From contig WYDT01000025.1 in the NCBI GenBank assembly GCA_013122435.1, positions 6,535 through 70,534 of the forward strand: DNA of 64,000 nucleotides. The letters run 5' to 3'. The stretch's first letter is position 1. Each line of letters opens with the position of its first letter. This stretch comes from Chloroflexi bacterium AL-N1 (GTDB taxonomy: Bacteria; Chloroflexota; Chloroflexia; Chloroflexales; Roseiflexaceae). Made by a program: the position numbers and the translations under genes. The notes below the pieces were generated by a model. The model saw only the letters and a list, made by a program, of their open reading frames with translations. It ran no database searches and was not told the DNA's origin. Positions 61,638 through 64,000 of the stretch are shown one piece after another.

Positions 61638-61811
61638 GTATTGACAGCAAACCACGTAGTACATCTTCTGTTTGCAGATTTTGCATTATCTCTGTCAATA
61701 GCCTGGGACTCGTAGTAAAAGCTATCTATGCTATAATGCAAGCGGAATATATGTTAAGATCACAAATTGCTGCATAACAATCAAACTTTACAGCTTACAA
61801 GGATTTGTATC

Positions 61812-62372
61812 ATGATTTCGACCGGAGACCTACGTAAAGGACTAACTATTGTTCTTGATAATGAACTCTTGCGTATTGTGGAGTATAACCACGTGAAACA
61901 GGGTCGTGGCAGTGCCTTTGTGCGCCTTGGGTTACGCAACGTACGCACAGGTACTACCACCACCAAGACCTTTCAGGCAGGGGAGAAATTTACCCCGGCA
62001 CGCCTTGAAACACGCAGCGTCCAATTTCTTTACCGCGATGGTGATGATTTTTACTTTATGGACAATGAAACCTACGACCAACCAGTAGTTAATAGCTCAA
62101 TTATAGGAAATGCAGAAAATTATCTGGTCGAAAATCAAACGGTTGACTTACTGACCTATGAAAATGAAGTGCTCGATATCGAATTGCCACCAAATGTTGT
62201 TCTGCAAGTTGCCGAAACCGAACCTGGCTTCAAGGGTGATACTGCTTCTGGCGGCGGAAAACCAGCCATAATGTCTACAGGACTGCGTGTCAACGTGCCC
62301 TTTTTTGTCAACATCGATGACCAGCTACGTATTGACACACGGAGCGGGGAATACATCGAACGTGTAACATAG
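61812..62372 (+). CDS. efp: Elongation factor P
   Basis: Collinear with E. coli EF-P: KPGKG-like VKQGRGSAFVR, GDTASGGGKPA, VDTRSGEYIERV. AAGGA SD. ATG at 61812 preferred over the listed upstream start. Confidence 0.9.
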   Translation: MISTGDLRKGLTIVLDNELLRIVEYNHVKQGRGSAFVRLGLRNVRTGTTTTKTFQAGEKFTPARLETRSVQFLYRDGDDFYFMDNETYDQPVVNSSIIGNAENYLVENQTVDLLTYENEVLDIELPPNVVLQVAETEPGFKGDTASGGGKPAIMSTGLRVNVPFFVNIDDQLRIDTRSGEYIERVT

Positions 62373-62451
62373 GGATCGTCTGGTGGTATTCACACATATG
62401 TCGAATGCTATGGATGGGGACATATACATAGCATAAAACAAGAGGGACATT

Positions 62452-63018
62452 ATGGCTGAGGCCGATTCTAACGAACAAACGCAGACATCACACGATGATT
62501 TTGGTTTGAGTGCGGTCAAAGAACTGCTTAGCCTACTCCATCAAACAGATGTGACAGAGGTGAAGATTGAGCGCGGAGATATGAAGCTCCATGTCAAACG
62601 GGGAACCGCACCACAGAGTCCGACCCCACTACTGGTGACGCCATCGCTTCCATCAGCGATTCCGGCCACACCACAAGAATTGCTACCACCACCACCCTCA
62701 TTCCAATCAACAGCAACTCTAGGCGAAACACCAATGATGTCAGCCTCTGATAGCGATGTGCCACCGGGAAGCACAACTATTACTGCACCTATGGTGGGAA
62801 CATTCTATACTACACCATCGCCAAAAGATCAGCCCTTTATCCACGAGGGCGATATCATCAGTCCCAATGATGCAGTAGGTATTATTGAGGCCATGAAAAT
62901 CATGAATGAGATCGTCTTTGAAGGAGAAACGGTGGGAAAGGTCACACGTATTCTGGTATCCAATGGTCAACCAGTAGAGTATGGTCAGATTCTTATGATT
63001 GTCGAACCAGCAGTATAG
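62452..63018 (+). CDS. accB: Biotin carboxyl carrier protein of acetyl-CoA carboxylase
   Basis: Pro/Ala-rich linker, then a biotinyl domain carrying IEAMKIMNEI (the EAMKMMN biotin-attachment motif). AAGAGGGA SD. Confidence 0.8.
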   Translation: MAEADSNEQTQTSHDDFGLSAVKELLSLLHQTDVTEVKIERGDMKLHVKRGTAPQSPTPLLVTPSLPSAIPATPQELLPPPPSFQSTATLGETPMMSASDSDVPPGSTTITAPMVGTFYTTPSPKDQPFIHEGDIISPNDAVGIIEAMKIMNEIVFEGETVGKVTRILVSNGQPVEYGQILMIVEPAV

Positions 63019-63034
63019 TCTGACACATACCACC

Positions 63035-64000
63035 ATGCATCTACTCACGGTCTCTCAACTTAATACCTATCTTCGAGAACTGCTTGATGTTGATGAAATT
63101 CTGCGGGATATCTGGGTTGAAGGAGAAATCTTCGACTTTAAGCGCGCTACCTCTGGACACTGGTATTTTGCATTAAAAGAAGGCGAAGCGCTGCTCAACG
63201 CAGTGTGCTGGCGCTCAAGCGCAAGTCGTATCCCCCTGAGACCCGGCAACGGCGACAGTGTACTGGCACATGGGCGTATTGGTTTCTATGAAGCAAATGG
63301 AAGACTCCAATTATATGTCGACTCAATGCAACCAGTCGGTGTAGGCATCCTCCACGCGCGCTTTGAAGAGCTAAAAACACGCCTTGATGCAGAAGGGCTG
63401 TTCGATGAGTCGCGTAAGCGCCCATTGCCAGTACTACCACATCGGATTGGTGTGGCAACTTCACCAACTGGTGCCGCGATTCGTGATATTCTCAATGTGT
63501 TAGCCCGTCGCTACCCTCTTGCTGATGTTGAGATTGCGCCATGTCAGGTACAGGGAGAAGGGTCCGCACAAACAGTAGTCGATGCATTACACACGCTCTA
63601 CAAACGTGATCTGGATGTTATCATCGTTGCACGCGGAGGGGGCTCAACCGAAGATTTGTGGACCTTCAATGAAGAGATAGTTGCGCGGGCCGCCTTTGCC
63701 AGCCCTGTTCCACTTGTAAGTGGGGTCGGCCATGAGGTTGATACTACCATCATTGACTACGTGGCCGATGTACGGGCACCAACACCATCAGCTGCAGCAG
63801 AACTGGTTACGCCTGAACGAGACGAACTCCATACACGGATACAGGATCTGCACACACGCCTTCTGACAAGCACATATGCAACGCTACAGTACACACAAGA
63901 CATGTTAAGTGACCAAAAGCAACGACTCACCATGTATACGCCACATACACGCATCCAGCGGGATCGCCAAACACTCGATAGCCTGGTACGTCGCACCAAT
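63035..64000 (+). CDS. xseA: Exodeoxyribonuclease VII large subunit; 3' end runs off the window
   Basis: MHLLTVSQLNTYLRELL... N-terminal OB fold (GEIFDFKRATSGHWYFALKEG). Catalytic core GVATSPTGAAIRDIL...ARGGGS.EDLW.FN. The ORF is absent from the track because no stop is reached. Confidence 0.8.
   Translation, partial: MHLLTVSQLNTYLRELLDVDEILRDIWVEGEIFDFKRATSGHWYFALKEGEALLNAVCWRSSASRIPLRPGNGDSVLAHGRIGFYEANGRLQLYVDSMQPVGVGILHARFEELKTRLDAEGLFDESRKRPLPVLPHRIGVATSPTGAAIRDILNVLARRYPLADVEIAPCQVQGEGSAQTVVDALHTLYKRDLDVIIVARGGGSTEDLWTFNEEIVARAAFASPVPLVSGVGHEVDTTIIDYVADVRAPTPSAAAELVTPERDELHTRIQDLHTRLLTSTYATLQYTQDMLSDQKQRLTMYTPHTRIQRDRQTLDSLVRRTN

Overview
This 64-kb window looks like ordinary chromosomal DNA from a filamentous Chloroflexota (Chloroflexus/Roseiflexus-like) bacterium, about 50% GC with a few markedly AT-rich intergenic islands. 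The dominant feature is a minus-strand cluster accD-accA-mcr-pcs at 6.1-17.7 kb. It encodes both acetyl-CoA carboxylase carboxyltransferase subunits plus the two giant signature enzymes of the 3-hydroxypropionate bicycle. Malonyl-CoA reductase (1266 aa) is unmistakable from its N-terminal SDR motif and its C-terminal ...RIYRGNAITV. Propionyl-CoA synthase (1863 aa) has the expected ligase-hydratase-reductase tridomain. The BCCP gene accB lies at 62.4 kb in an efp-accB-xseA arrangement without accC.

Other genes: a standalone sucC with no sucD, sec translocon genes secD and secF, molybdate transporter modA and modB without modC, aroA, tsaD, fmt, tex, and cell-envelope sugar genes gmd and rfbB. 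There are also several sensor kinases, two HAMP/STAS-type sensors (one decayed), a REC-GGDEF-REC regulator coupled to a 1183-aa TPR protein, and assorted hydrolases and oxidoreductases.

Points worth a second look:
- An in-frame TGA replaces the conserved Trp of the WNPW motif in a YeaD-like aldose-1-epimerase gene (18209-18211).
- An AT-rich islet at 3.0-6.1 kb sits between sucC and pcs. It holds an 860-bp ORF-free hairpin-rich stretch, a frameshifted ORF pair, and a 25-aa ORF with a perfect Shine-Dalgarno sequence.
- That same islet holds a two-gene unit: a 60-aa N-terminal fragment of a DCC-family thiol-disulfide oxidoreductase followed by a Tat-signal, 12-cysteine small secreted protein.
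- A solo HepT-like (DUF86) gene with a degenerate Rx4HxY motif and no MntA partner.
- A TDTEP-repeat insertion in SecD.
- An S/T/P-rich insertion in Mcr relative to the C. aurantiacus enzyme.

No tRNA, rRNA, CRISPR or mobile-element genes were recognised by eye.
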